Source: Phoronis australis
Lineage: Eukaryota; Animalia; Phoronida
Direction of reading: 5' to 3'
Length of the DNA stretch: 64,000 nt
NCBI GenBank assembly: GCA_002633005.1
Contig: NMRA01000034.1
Location: 643,766 to 707,765, forward strand
Below are positions 1 through 14,078 of the stretch, one piece after another (within the stretch, counting starts at the first letter, position 1; each line of letters begins with the position of its first letter). The notes beneath the pieces were generated by a model. The model had not been told where the DNA came from, did no database searches, and saw only the letters and a list, made by a program, of their open reading frames with translations. The position numbers were made by a program, and so were the translations under genes.

Positions 1-980
1 TCATGAACAACTTACGAAACTGGCGTTCATTTTTATAAGCAAAAATGTGATCAATTTAGAATGTGGCAAGAAAGTGCAAACAGCCTCCTAGAGGAAGAAA
101 ACTCTTTCACAAAAAGATTATAAAAGTTGTTTTGTGCAGCCATTCACAAACAATTGTTCTTGAAAGAATGGCACAAAAATGATGAATAATAATCTCCAAT
201 TTCCCAGCTTTAGGTATTTCGATTCAAAAACATTCACATGCCAATCTAACATGGTCCACACCACACAAGTTGAATGTCTAGGCAAACACCTAGAATTCTG
301 ATATTGTTAGAAAGTCGACCAAATGGTAAACCACGTCTGACATGGGTAAATAGTGGCGCGGTAACACTACACTGGCAAACAGCAATGTTTAAAAAAGGTT
401 AAACACTTTGCTGAATACAAGGGCTGGTCCATAGAGGCTATATAGTTGGAGCTAATAAAACTGTGGCCATATTGTTAGACTGTATCAACTTAAGGTGTCA
501 CTGTCCTATTGTATGCTTACGCTAATGTTTGTCTGCACTGTTTACTTATGAAATTGTGAAAGCGTTCCAATGACAGCGTCTCAAATTTACGCCGAAATAC
601 AGGTAAACTGAGTCAAGCAAACAAACATACCATTTACCCTCTATTTACATTGTATACACCCATCACTGTGGCTTTGTCCTGTGGTTTTATGCTAAAATTG
701 ATATTTGGAATTAATTACTTTCAGGTAGACAGTAATTAACAACCAAGCGGGGCCAGATCTTTCACAAGGACACAAAGAATTACAAAAACAGCGAAACCAT
801 ATATTGTGGCAAACAAAGCTTTGTTTGAACCCACAATACATCAGTAGACAATCAACTTCCTGTTTGGACCTGAACGTCACCTCTGTATCAATGGGCATGA
901 CCCAAAAATAACATTGTCTCAGCTTTCACCTTTGGCCTCATTCCAAAATCAGAACAATCAGAAACGACACCGTGTCACCA

Positions 981-2573
981 ATGAACACAAAGATGGTTGT
1001 TCTGTTCTGCTTCCAATTGATGGCGCTAGTGACTGGCATGAGGGCAGCAAAAATTCTTCTGTATCCCTATGGAAACTGCAGGAACAGCCACTTGCTTCAC
1101 ATGGAACGACTTGGTGCGCTTCTAAATAGCGATGGCTATGAAGTGTCCATGTTAATTAATTCCAAGTATAATCAACCAATGGGAGACTTGGACTTGGGAT
1201 CCGTAACCCTCATGCAATGGGATGGGCCTGAAAACATCCCGGTGATATGCGATTTCAACGGCATACACCGGATAATACAGACATCGATGAACGAGGTCAT
1301 CAGCACATTTATGAACGCTGCCTTGTATTACTGTGAGTCCCTACTAGCTGATAAGGAACTTTTGGAACGTTTAAAGGCCGAGAAATATGACATGTTTCTC
1401 TACGATTACATGGACATGTGTGGACCCATCATTGCTACATATCTGGACATACCAACGATTCAGTTCCTTAGTCAAGGGCTGGGAGGTCTTGCTGACATGG
1501 ACTGGCCCTCCCCATTGTCCTACTTACCGTCTGTTGTATCTGATTATACAGACCACATGAACTTGTTCCAACGAACTGTTAACACTGTATCACAGTTGTT
1601 CATGAGGACCATCTTCGAATGGACGGTCTATCCTAAGTTTCAAGCTCTTCGCGAGAAGTATGACCTCAACAGCAGCATTACCTTTCAACAGTCACTATCG
1701 ACATATTCACTCAGGTTTGTTTTCGCCGATTTTGCGCTAGACTACCCGAGGCCCACAATGCCTGACTTGGTGTTCATTGGCAGCTACTTTGCTAAGTCGG
1801 ACAAGCCGATGACTAACGATCTTGTCACATTCATGGATGACGCGGACACGTACGGAGCCATCGTCTTCAGCTTTGGTTCTTTTGTCAGGGACTACACATT
1901 GGAATGGGGCAACAAGTTTGCCAACGCGCTGGCTCGCTTACCACAAAAGGTCATATGGCGATACAATGGGCCAACGCCAACTGAACTAGGTAACAACACA
2001 CTTCTGTTAAAATGGCTGCCCCAGACTGCTTTGCTGGCACACAAAAATACAAAGCTTTTTGTCACTCACTGCGGTCTGGGTGGCACCTACGAGGCAGCCT
2101 TCTTTGGTGTCCCTGTGGTGGCAATGCCCCTGTTCGCAGACCAGCACCACCAGGCGAGTAAACTGACCAATCACGCCCAAATGGGAGTCCAGCTGAACAT
2201 CAAGAGTGTCACATCCGACAACTTCTACAATGCAATGAAAACTGTTCTGGATGACCCGCGTTATCACAGCAATGCGCATGCCGTCTCGCAGAGGTTCAAA
2301 GACCAGCCCGTCAATACGAAGGACAACATCCTTTTCTGGGTCAACTATGTTCTTAAGCACAACGGTGCATACCATCTTAAAGCTCAGGGATATCGCCTTC
2401 CATGGTATCAATACTACTGCCTTGATGTGGCGTTAGTAGTCCTAGCAGTGATGGTCGTGACGGTTACCATCCTGAAATTGGTTGCCAAGGTTACTTGGAG
2501 TTATCTGCGGAACTTCAAAATTTGTGTAGCCTTACTAACATACTTAGATTTGAACTGTTGGACCATTTGGTAA
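981..2573 (+). CDS. UDP-glycosyltransferase (animal membrane-bound UGT family), single coding exon, 530 aa
   Basis: Long uninterrupted ORF from ATG 981. N-terminal signal peptide (MVVLFCFQLMALVTG), catalytic-His motif SHLL, UGT signature WLPQTALLAHKNTKLFVTHCGLGGTYEAAFFGVPVVAMPLFADQ, WVNYVLKHNGAYHL and WYQYYCLDV followed by a hydrophobic transmembrane helix. Possible 5'UTR splice acceptor ttactttcag ending at 724. Confidence 0.96.
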   Translation: MNTKMVVLFCFQLMALVTGMRAAKILLYPYGNCRNSHLLHMERLGALLNSDGYEVSMLINSKYNQPMGDLDLGSVTLMQWDGPENIPVICDFNGIHRIIQTSMNEVISTFMNAALYYCESLLADKELLERLKAEKYDMFLYDYMDMCGPIIATYLDIPTIQFLSQGLGGLADMDWPSPLSYLPSVVSDYTDHMNLFQRTVNTVSQLFMRTIFEWTVYPKFQALREKYDLNSSITFQQSLSTYSLRFVFADFALDYPRPTMPDLVFIGSYFAKSDKPMTNDLVTFMDDADTYGAIVFSFGSFVRDYTLEWGNKFANALARLPQKVIWRYNGPTPTELGNNTLLLKWLPQTALLAHKNTKLFVTHCGLGGTYEAAFFGVPVVAMPLFADQHHQASKLTNHAQMGVQLNIKSVTSDNFYNAMKTVLDDPRYHSNAHAVSQRFKDQPVNTKDNILFWVNYVLKHNGAYHLKAQGYRLPWYQYYCLDVALVVLAVMVVTVTILKLVAKVTWSYLRNFKICVALLTYLDLNCWTIW

Positions 2574-3697
2574 CTTAAGTACTCCCTCGTTAATAGTTCA
2601 GGGTTTCACTTGTGCTGGCAGACATGTTTTTAGACAGCAGGGGTTTCCATTAAGCTGTTTAATCTTTCAAAACAATGTGCAATCAACTATTTTAAACAAA
2701 AACTAAAAGTTGCAACCTGAGTAGTGCCAATATGTCTGTGGTAGGGATGGTAAAACTACTTTGGAGATACTGGCCAAAACATAATTTAAAGCTGCTATAA
2801 GTCCACGATGCCTCCAAAAAGCAAAGTTTTGATTAAGACCACTCACCACTATAAAATTGGTCTCAGTTAGTTGTTACTCAGATGGGAAGTGATTTCTGGG
2901 TTTGCCAAAAACTGACAGTTTCTTGTTCCTCGAGACCAGGTTCGAGCAATAACTCACTGTTAGTTCTTTCAAGTCCTGTTATAATCTCATAACAGTAAGT
3001 GGCCTAAATCAAAATTTGATTTCTGTGATGGTGAAGGCTGGTTTATAACCACTTTGTTAGCTCAGGTAGCAGACTGTCCACGAGTGGTTTGAGTGTAACT
3101 CTCGGCAAGGCATTAAACCTAGGTGGAGAGATTGGCTACTGAGTCAGGTGCTTGTGTAACGGCAATCTTGGGAGAAACGTATGCGTAGCAAGTGGAATAG
3201 AAGGACACATTCTGCCGCCGTTTTAGACATAATCTCTAACGTGATATTTAACTGTTAACGTGTTTCACTGAGCTGGTTTTCAGGATGAACACGATTTTTT
3301 TTTAAATAAAACTGCCTACTAAATAGTTTTGAGCATAGTTTTATCCGGTGAGCACATCAAAGACAACTATTCAGGGTCTAGTTCCCATGGAGGCAAAAGC
3401 AAAAACTGGCACTGAATAATTGAATGTAAAACAACCGGACACGTAGGGTCGGTTCATTATAGGTGACTTATGACTTATGGTTTTACGCTGCTCCCATTTC
3501 ACAATTGCTAAATAGATTGTGGCCAAGTAGTTATTATGAACCGTATGACAGCTTATAAATAATTTAAAGGCGTTATCTCAGTAACTAGCAGCTGGTGTAT
3601 ATATTCTCAGACTTTTCACTTTTGCTCAAGTGAGATTTAATTATTTTCCAGAATTAGATGCGTGGAGCATTAGTCCAAATTTCTGACACCTTTCACA

Positions 3698-3750
3698 AAA
3701 CAGACCCCTAATGTTTGTGTTTAAACAGACCCCTAATGTTTGTGTTTAAA
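3698..3750. repeat. Two-copy direct tandem repeat (25-bp unit aaacagacccctaatgtttgtgttt)
   Basis: Exact adjacent duplication read directly. Confidence 0.9.
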
Positions 3751-5329
3751 CTTAACCAACTGCATGTCTATAACTTATTCTTAAATGTTCATAGCTAAGA
3801 ATAAGTATAAGTAGCATTCTTTCCTAAGTTGAAATATCCATAGAAAAAGTTCAGTTGACTACTGTTTCAAACTATGAACTTTAACTTAACAATAGTTCAG
3901 TTTGTGATCTGATTTCTATTACATAAAAATGAATCCTATTTACTGTTAAAGTTTTAGAGCTTAGCTTGGCTTGGGTACTACGAGGATTCAAAATGTAGAC
4001 TGCAGGAACTTGATTATGCAGGCAGTGTCCTCCATAGTTTGTAAAAATTCCTTCAAATTCCTTCATATTGGATACTGAAAATTAATTTGTTTCTTAACAA
4101 TTAGTTGTCATGTCCGTGACTTTGAAACTCCTTTTTGTTGTAAAGAATGCTGAATTGTAATAGTGTCTAAGAGTGTGTAAATGCCTTCCAATGAAAAATG
4201 TTGCATCCTCAAATTAAACAGATTGAAAATTTCAAGTTTTTGTGTCAAATTGAGAAAAAGTCCTAAACTAAAGAGTTCTTATGTGTCACTGTGAAGCATG
4301 AGCCATTGTGTTATTTGGGACTGAGCTTGTTGAGTTAATTTGTCTGTCTGTAAAGGCTATTTAATTGACTTTTTATTTAAGGAAATATAGTAGTGAATAT
4401 GTACATGTTCGATATATGATGTACCTCAAGTTGAAATAATTGTGCCAGTAAAAAATTGGTTCTACAAATTTCATGAGACACCTTAATTGTCCGACAAGGT
4501 ACTCTGAAAAACGGCTGTTTTTGTAAATAGATTAAAGACACTGCTTTTGAAAATGACTGCTTAGACAGTGTTCTTTTAGGTGATGTTGGACGTTTAAGCA
4601 TTAATTTTTAACTCAACCACAATGTATATTTTCATGTCGTACTTGAGTAATATCAGCAAGAATATATAAATTTATTTAAGGTAAAAAGCGTAATTGGTTC
4701 TGGTCTGTGGCTGTTTTGAAAATTGAAGCAGGGATATTATTATTTAGTTTATTTTTCCAAAAACAGCCATTCACCTGATAACAGTTGAAGTGGTGCAGCA
4801 ATGCTTTCTCACCTTAAACCAATTGGCACAGCAGGCCTTTACAAAAGGGAAACCTTACGATGTAACTGATTCACAGTAACTTAAGTTAGTAACTATAGCC
4901 GACAGTGAGGCTTTTGAAAAAAGGTAAACATTTTGACAAAAAACAATGCTGGTGGGCCCTTTTTTAAAGGTGATAGGTATCTTCAAAAATGATGCAACCG
5001 CAGAGCAGAACCAAAAATCCCTTTTTTGGAATAGAAAAGTTTTTTCTGTACATTACTGTTTTTATCAAAATGACTGCTGCATAAGAAGAAAGTGTGTTTC
5101 AGTAGTGTTTCAAAGATTGATTATTTGTTATGTAATATTATGTAATGCAATATGTATGCTAACAAGTTGTGGCCTAGAAGACAGAACGGAAAACAGGGTA
5201 ATCGTAACTTAAACATTGTACTCGTGATGAAATGGATATTTTTGTGATGGTTTGGTTTGAAAATGTTATTTTATGAAATAAATTGTGATTTTATTTGTTG
5301 TCAGGCATGTTTATGTGTTTCTTTACAAA

Positions 5330-6490
5330 AAACAACCTATGCGTGTATAGCTCACCACTTATTTTGCACAAACTGAAAATGCGAACAGATATTTTCTAGC
5401 CTGAAAATGGTCAATACCAATTTTTAACATAAATTAAGCACTCATCAAAAAGTATGTGTATTTGGCCTAAATATCTACAAACCTAGACTTAACACAGTAA
5501 CAGTATGTATTTTATAAACGCCGAAAACTTGTAGAATTTGATTTTTGGCTGCGAACCCGTGTGCCATCACTTGGGTCATATTTCTGTCTTTTTAGCAAAT
5601 CTGACAAAGAAGAAAGGTATATTCATAGCAATACAAAAAATATAAACAAATATTACCAAAATGACCAAATTTCATTTGATGCAAATGTTCAATATTAAAA
5701 ACGCTGTTCAAGTTGATTGATTCATTATTTTGTTTTCATTTCATGCAGGTTTTGAGTTTCTTCCTAAAAACCATAAGGACTATGTATTGTTAGCCCCTCG
5801 TGCTAATCTGGATCATTTCAAAAACAATTCCTAGTATTGTTAGAGAACAGTGCATAAGGCGTGCTACCTGTAAGTTTCATCTGAATCCAACCAGCCATTT
5901 CTGAGATATGGTGTTCCCGTGTTAGCCAAATTTGGGTATTTTTCTCACCATAAGTCTGTGTAGGCCCTTATTGACAAGTTTGTGCAATTCAGCCAAATAT
6001 ATACGAAAGCATAAAATATTAACTCAGCAAAAATGTATATTTTCTGAAAGTAGAAAGCCTGTGAAATTTGATTTTGACTAACGTCACTCTGCCATTGATT
6101 GGGTCAAGGGACCACACCTTTTCAGCAAATTCCGGCAAAAAGAAACATACATTTGTAGCAAAACACCAGCATCAAATGCATGACCTAATTCTAAGATGTT
6201 CAAGATTAATCTCAAAAACAGTTTCAGTTTTTAAAATGTCATTTTGTTTTCATTTCATGCAAGTTTTGCATTTTTGCTTCCAAATCATGAAAGTCCTCTT
6301 TTTGATAACACTTCAAGTGAAACTGTGAATGCAAAAGTGGATCATTTTACAAAACAATACCAAACAGTGTATTGGAAAACATTGCATACACCAAAGTATC
6401 GGACAGTTTCATTTGAATCTGAACAGCCATTTTTGAGATCTGATGTTCTGAAGTCGGCCAAATTAGGACACGTTTCTAGGGTACTACACA
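5330..6490. repeat. Two diverged ~530-bp tandem units of a probable non-autonomous repeat element
   Basis: Parallel motifs ttttagcaaatctgacaaagaagaaa / ttcagcaaattccggcaaaaagaaa and aatccaaccagccatttctgagat / aatctgaacagccatttttgagat; a related motif recurs near 14130-14200. Boundaries approximate. Confidence 0.55.
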
Positions 6491-6645
6491 ATCTTAATTC
6501 AAACCTGCTTTTATTGAGATCATAAAAGTCACTTATCATTAACATCTCTTCTATCTACCTTAAGTGTACCATGAGTTCTAAACAGCATGTTCTTGGTCTA
6601 TATTAAGATCAATTCAAAAAGATCTTTGGTAATCAGGGCCCCTTA

Positions 6646-7090
6646 CATCAAAGAAGTCTTTGTGCAGGACATAAGAGTAGATGGTTGATTGGAAGCCACT
6701 GTTCCCTGAGGCGTAGTAATTTACTGTATAGTTGATCTTGTGGCAATAATAGAAGTGCTGATTGAAGAGTGGTAAACCACTCATTAAGGACAATCCAGAG
6801 TCATTTATCCTCATGCTGCTGGCCTGATTGAATCTGTGTTCTGTCTGCAGGTAGGGTTGTAAACCTGGGCTTTAACCTCTAGTTCACCCTCTGGCGGAAT
6901 GTGTACAGGTATCCAGCAGAGGTCTGGGCATATGGGAACTAGTCAGGGTTCTCCAGATCAGTGAAGGCATAGCCTGGAGCGAACGTGTGACGCTACACCT
7001 GCAGTGATACACCACGATTTACACGAACGGTGCTGGCCACTCAAAGGCACGTTCCAGTACGTGGTACGGCCAGTCAATTAGACTGCCCAC
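6646..7090 (-). pseudogene. Decayed coding-like fragment of an unidentified protein
   Basis: More GC-rich and codon-like than its flanks. Reads ...LIDWPYHVLERAFEWP / TFAPGYAFTDLENPD*FPYAQTSAGYLYTF / YLQTEHRFNQ...YSYVLHKDFFD, with stops and frameshifts, and ends at a GT donor (GAT|GTAAGG). Family not recognised. Confidence 0.35.
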
Positions 7091-10000
7091 CAAAATAGAA
7101 CTATTCTGTGGGGAGGTTTGACCACAACGGTTTCAAACAATAAGATTTTGTTCGACCAGAAGAGCACCTACAGAAAACAAATGAGCACACACCACAGCAC
7201 TGTATTGAACTTAGAACATCAGATTAGAATGTTTTGGTAGTACGGTAAGACTAAAATTACTATTTTAAGAAATGAATTATGGTATCTCTGTTGCTGATTT
7301 CATAAGATCGGGCCACTCAACTTGAAAGTAAAAAATATCAAACAGGAAAATAATACACCAATACATAGGGAAAAAATAAGTAGTAGCAAACCAAGAAATC
7401 AAATTCAAAGACGCTTATTTAACAAATACTTTGGTAGGCAGTATGTGCCAAACCATAAAACGAGAAACAGGTGAAATGAATCTTAAAAAAATAACTTACA
7501 CAATATTAATATTCTGGACCACAAGAAATTCATTACCATTTCAAATATCGAATAGGTACTATAGATCAATAATGTCAATCAATTCAAAATGGCTTTTCTG
7601 GTATTGTGATAAACAAACGAGTCAAAAATGCATCCAGCAATGGGTCATTCCGTGCTGACGTATATTTTAATACCAAATGATTTCGAATGCATTGACAAAT
7701 TTCAGTGGAACGTGTCGGAAAGCCTTTCTCATGAACTAAGCTCAAATTCCGTCTGTTTAAGTTTGACTGCATGACAATAGTTTTAACTTAAATCTTTTCA
7801 ATAACAATGTGTCACGGGCACTTGACATGCACTGGTTACAATGTACCATAAGAAGTTGAATACTGAATGAAATTAAACATAATTAAGGTAAATGTCAATC
7901 TTTATAGATTTTTCAAAAGTGCAATATTCACATACTGTATAAAATTTTATCTGTATTTTATCTATGATGGCGTATTATTTATGTGCCAAATACGGAAGTT
8001 GCTCTAGACAACTTCTAACGATCTCAATTACATGGCAAATTTTTATGGGCTATGCTCAGGCCTTTCGATTTTCAATGATTTTAACAATTTTGAACATTGA
8101 TTTTTTATTGTACAGATCGTTTTGCATGGAATTTCACAGATTTAATTGCTGTGGGAACATTTGTCTCAGAGTTTTAAGTTTCCTTTGCATAACAGATTTC
8201 AGTTACCGTTCGATTTCACCAGGTGTTGCTCCCAGCAGTACGTACATCTGTGTTTAGCCAACCCTAACACCAGCTTCACAGCTTCGATAAAAACTGAAAC
8301 ATGTAATTTTTCCGGCTCCTGTCCAATATTCAGTTTTGTCTAATTACCTTATTGTCTACACTGACAATTTCTGATGTTATTTATACAAAATGGCCTCTGT
8401 GTTCAACATTACAAAATCCCTCATTTAGTTTTAGCTCCACACTGCTGTTTCTAAATAGAGGCTACACACACATATCAATAAGCATTCCTGTTGTCTTTAA
8501 TCCAGCATCACGACCCAGAGGACAATTATCTATCACAGTTAAAAGTGTTACTAGAACCAAAAGTAACTACTTTCATCAACATGTACCAGAGAACCAAAAT
8601 CTAACGCATCTATTTTGGGTTATTTCTATCACGTTTTTGGTAAGAAATCCCCTTCATCAAACTTTTTATGAGGAATTCAATTTTAGAAGACAAACAATTC
8701 AAACAAAACATACGTTTTAGCCCACAATATTTTTAATTCATTTTACCCAATCTTTAATTACACTAGCTAAAGTCCTCACAAATGGGGCTACTGTTCTGCG
8801 ACACACCACACACCAACCGACCAGAGATCAGCTCTCCTGATAAACAGCATAATGCGAAATGTTCGTTCGTGATAGAATCTCAGGGGTTACAGGGACTACA
8901 AACTTGACACTCTTTTATCAGCGATTTCAATAGTTTATTTCCCATTCTGGCTGTAGGAGCAATGAACATAGTAATTATGCCTGGTCTGGCAATGGAACTT
9001 AACGCCATCAGGTAATGTGTATAGGCGTGAAATCGCATGCTACCCACCAAACAAAGGTTTGGGGGTTTCTCAGGAATTTCCACCAACCCGAAAATGAGGC
9101 GAGTTTTTCGGGTCGGTCTATCACGACCAAAACGCGATTTGCTTCTCAATGACAACAGTTCTTGTACAAATCTGTTGATGAGGTACAAGGTGCCTAGAAA
9201 CGGGTCGGGTTTCATGTTTTTGAGCGATGGCAGAATAATAATGCAATTTTTCAACAAAAGTCTGCTCCAAGAATTACTGTTATGCCCTATGTTTTGTCCA
9301 TGCACAAATCGGGCTAGAATTAAACAAAAGATTCACTTTGGTATACCACAGTTGTTCTATGGTCTAAAAGGCTTAGGTTGCAACAATCTTGTTTCACATT
9401 CCATTGTACTTGTACCTTGGGCTATTTATCAAGTACCGTATTTCATGTGTTTGAACAAACCAAGTACAAATATTGTTTGAAGCCTAATGGTAAAGTCCTG
9501 TAAAGTGAGATAACACATAGCAAAATTAACAGAATGTGTTGACGCCTCACAGCATTTCTTCAAATCCAAACGGGAAATACATTGATCTATGCTTCAAAAA
9601 TGAGCAATAACCCTACCAGATGCATTCTGGCATTTGCATGTGTTAAAACATGCCATGTATTCTGGTCCATAAACTGTTGCAAAATGAACAATATATCTAT
9701 TATGTTGTACCATTCAACAATTTCAATAAACACTGATCCACCCACCTTAAAGTGGCGAACCCCCCTCCCCCCTCCCACATTTCATCACAAAAACCAATTT
9801 CTGATTTAGACCACTTTACCATTAGGTCCCAAATAGAGGTGATACATCAGGGCTTCAAAAGAACTAACACTTATTTTTTGATACCAAGCTTACTAATCTT
9901 CTGTAATTTAGTGCAAAACTCAAAACCGCTGCATTTGACTAACAGTTGGGTCCAGACTTAAGCACAGAGGCAGTGTGCCTATATTTATGGTAAAATTTCT

Positions 10001-13000
10001 ACAGTTAGTAAAATTCAATTACCTTGGTGAAGGCCAGAATGCGTACCAAATTTTAGAAATAGGAAATACTGGCCATCCCAAATTCAAGAATTACAATAAT
10101 GATGGCAAAATTAATCATGTCTGAAATTCTGAAATAAATGTGACAAAATACAAGCTACATGTTTCAATTTTGCAGATATACGTTGTAACATGTCACTTAA
10201 GTCAGAAATATCAAGGACTTAGTGCATGAGTAATTTGGTTCAATTACAATCCAAAACAATTCTGTAACCAGGTAAAGTACCCTTCCAGGAACCCAACAAA
10301 TTGAACAACCACATATAGATCTGTGATCGCTTTGGATTGTTTTAACTATTCACGGTGAACCAAGTATGAAACTCACAAACTGTCGTCATACAAGAGCGAT
10401 GTTGTTACAAATTCAAAGCTCCTCGCATAGATCGGTAGATAGGTGTATCCATTGTTCACATTGTTTTTCTTCTTTATAATAAAGATAATGGCAAGCATTT
10501 ATCGGTAACAGGCTGATGAGCGCCCAAGGTACGATATCCGTGCCACCTATATTGTTATGTCCAACAAAGGAAGGAAAACAATGGAAGTGTTCCATTAGCG
10601 ATAACCATGCGACGTGCTTATGTTGTCGCATGGATGTCGCAAGTTAAACAATAGCTTGCGACCTCCGTACAACGTCGTTTGGCATGGGAAATCAATAATC
10701 CTGTCCAGCTGAACATAGGCTAACAATGGTTTCGTTAGGGTTTTGTGCTGGATGCCAAAACCACCCAAAATGAGGTGGCTCAATTTTACTAGGATAACTA
10801 TAGCAGTGAAAGGGGAATGAGGTGTGAAAAAGTAAGAGTCTTGTCTTCCTGAGCTTAGAGATAACTTCTGAACTAAGTAAGAACCACACTTAAACCAATT
10901 TTATAACGATAAGTGGCCTACGGTAAACCAACATTTCCTGATTTTTTACAGAAAACACAGGTTCAGTGTTATTTTCAGTGGTAACATAGTAAGCATAAAG
11001 GAATTACAAAATGGTGCGTTTCTCATTAATATTCACAAATGTACATATGACTTGAATAGAATCCTGCAACAGATACACGAATGTGTCAAGCAAATAGGTC
11101 TTGCGCAGGTTTCACAGGAACCGTTTCCACAATGTAATTGTCAATATTTTTATGGGTAAACATCAGATTTCGTGTGGATCCGTTTACACGCATATTTCTT
11201 ACTTTCATTGAGATAACATAGCTCTTGACAATAATCTGTGAATCACTGGTACAGTTTTAAGCTGATAACCCAAATTCTCTGAGGAAGAAACGCCCAACAC
11301 TGAGCCCTCTGTTTACAATTGAACTGAATTATGGGATTGCAGCAATTAACTCTTGGTGGTACCATCTGTAAATAACATTTTTAAAATAACTGAGATTTAA
11401 AGGTTGAGGACACATTTCTGGTCGCCTGGACACACCTAATGCTTGGTTCTGCATCCCAATGGAACATGAAGCTTGAAATGATGGAGAAACTGCATTTTGA
11501 ATTTTCAATCACGATCCATTTTGGCTGAATTCCCAGGGCTTTATACCCTAATTGAGTACACCCAAAATAAGGAGCTGGACGAGCCGAATACATCAGAACT
11601 TGGGTATTCAAAAATGGAAGTCGTGGTTGAAAATCTGTAGGTAACTAAGCTGGATACAAGTGTCAGCAAATCTCGACGTAGGGCAAAATATTGCCACAAA
11701 GTTATGCACAGATAAATGCTTCAAAAAACTGGCAAGGGGAAGGTGCTTCCTAAACATGGACTCTTAACACAAGGCAAGTATAGAAAAATAGGTCAGTTTC
11801 AAAACGTCACGTGACCTTGATATACCTGAGTAAAATTTGTTGTAGTGCACACTGAAGGTCCACAGTTGAGTATGGTCTCAGTAAGTGTCTATATCAACAA
11901 TGTGGCAGTTTTAATGGAAGACGCTAACGGAATGCAATATCTCCAGGTACGACTGCACCAAAACCGAAATTAATGCAGTTCTCAAATTCAAAACCACACC
12001 TTTACCATTTTGAAAAACTAATTAATGAAATAAAGCACCGGTGGAGGTTCCCAAAGCAGTGGGTGCTGAAATGAAAAATTGTCAAAAGCAGGGAGAGGGA
12101 GCTAATCCCAGCAATGGACATTTGAAGTGGCATGAAAACCCTGCTTTCTGTCAGAAATACAAGTTTTCATTTAGGCCACTTATCACGAAATTGGTCTAAA
12201 GCTGTTCCTCACTCAAAATAGCTGTCATTTCTAGGCTTGGAAAGATGCGACTGTTCGCCATTTCTTCAGAACGAGCTTGTCAACTTTAAGGTCACAGCAT
12301 ACCTCATTAAAATATACCTTGAAAAATTAACTTTGAAGATTTTTCTTCCATGTAAAATTTTGATCCACTTGAATTATACAATAATGCTTTGTTTGTATAA
12401 TTTCAAAATACTTTAAATAAGTATTTTCAGAACAACATGTGTAGAGCGATAAAAACCCGTTTATGTGTTAAATCAGCTTATAAACATCGATCTACTCAGA
12501 CATATTTTCCACAATAATCGAGTAACGATACACAGTGCATCACAGAAACAAGTTCTCTCAATTATCGTTGAAGGGGAATAGATCGGTGCCAACAACTAAT
12601 GTCACAACACTTAAGTTTGCCCCTCAATACCTGGCCTTCACTGAATATGTGCACATACATAGTTTCTAGTTGACAGCCATACCTCTGTTACCTAACATGT
12701 AAACCTTTTTGAGACATGTTTAGGTCCATAATGCTGATAAACTTTGTCAGTTAAAGTTGTAACCACAGGGACTACCACATTGTGAATATGTACATTAAGC
12801 CAAAAATGCGGAATTTAACTTAACAAAAGTACAGAAATGTTTCACCTAATTAGCACATTATATAGGTGACAAGTGAGATTCCATATGACAAAATTTTCCA
12901 CAAAAATTGAATTTAGTTTGTTGTTGGCTTGATTTCAATTATGTAGATGCCACGTAGCCATATTTGCTGAAAATATTTGCAGCATGGTGTTCAGCCTTTG

Positions 13001-13480
13001 AAAAATGGAAAGTGACAATTTTGTTATTTATTTTTGTGTGAAATTAGTAGAAAGCATCTAGAAATTCATTTTGACATTATACCATATGCCATTAACTGGA
13101 ACAAGTGACCATGTCTTTTAAGTAAAATTTATTTTTAGTAAAATTAAACAAAAAAGAAAGATAAATTAATAGCAAAACATGGGTATCAATAAAATGACCA
13201 AAATTGTTATATGAATGTTTTAGGAGAGATCTCATGAAGACTGTTATAGTTTTCCTAATATCCCATTTTGCTTCAATGGAACTTTCTAATTTTTTATAAG
13301 AATCCCAAAGTCTTGCTTTTTCCTATTTTAAAATCATTTCCTAACAGTGTTTATAATTACCTGGTATGAACCACAGTATCTCAAAGTTTTGAAGTAACAC
13401 TCAAATAAGTCGTATTTTCCCTTAACTAGGAGAAAGTTCAGCGGTATACTTGTTTTAGTTTGTGCACTTGGGTATTCAAA

Positions 13481-14078
13481 TACGGTAATTCTTCACTTAT
13501 TTTGCCCACTCAACTCATTTCGCACACCAAAAATATTTTGCAAAATAATATTTTGTCCCTCACCTATTTTGCACCAAGCTACGCGGTGGGAAATTCTTGT
13601 CTCACATGACTTGCACACGGTCAGTTTTGAACTTCAGAAAATTTTAACGGAAAGCTCTAACTTAAATCCTAGCAACACACGACTGTTAACTGTGTTAATA
13701 AGGTCTGAACACGTATAGTCCCCAATTGATTCATCCATTCAAATCCGATATCTTATGCTATTGAAGGGGAGACCTTAGAGTGTCGAAGAGGGTTGCATGA
13801 CCCAGTCACATGCAAGAAAGAGTGTCTCACCAACGATGGGATAACGTTCTTTTATAATGGAACAGGATAACATAACATTACTGCAACTCATTGGATCATG
13901 TTGGCAGCCCGTAGGTTTCACTTCATTAAATTCGCACACAAGCAGTTGGCGATGCTTGTTTACTATTAATTCCGCATACCCATAACTATGAAAAATGTAT
14001 ATTCAGTTTATTTGGCACACCCCGACTATCAGGAAAACATTTAACATATTTAGTGCGAAATTAGTGAGAATCAAAGTA
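13481..14078. mobile_element. MITE-like element with imperfect terminal inverted repeats
   Basis: tacggtaattcttcacttattttgcccac at the left versus gtgcgaaattagtgagaatcaaagta at the right; internal repeats of ttcgcacac / ttggcacac. Confidence 0.5.

Noticed and set aside
2007-2436. Short ORFs overlapping the UGT
   Set aside because: Shadow frames of the real UGT coding sequence.
8880-9480. Overlapping 141-aa and 147-aa ORFs on opposite strands
   Set aside because: No recognisable domain; the region looks like a non-coding repeat element.
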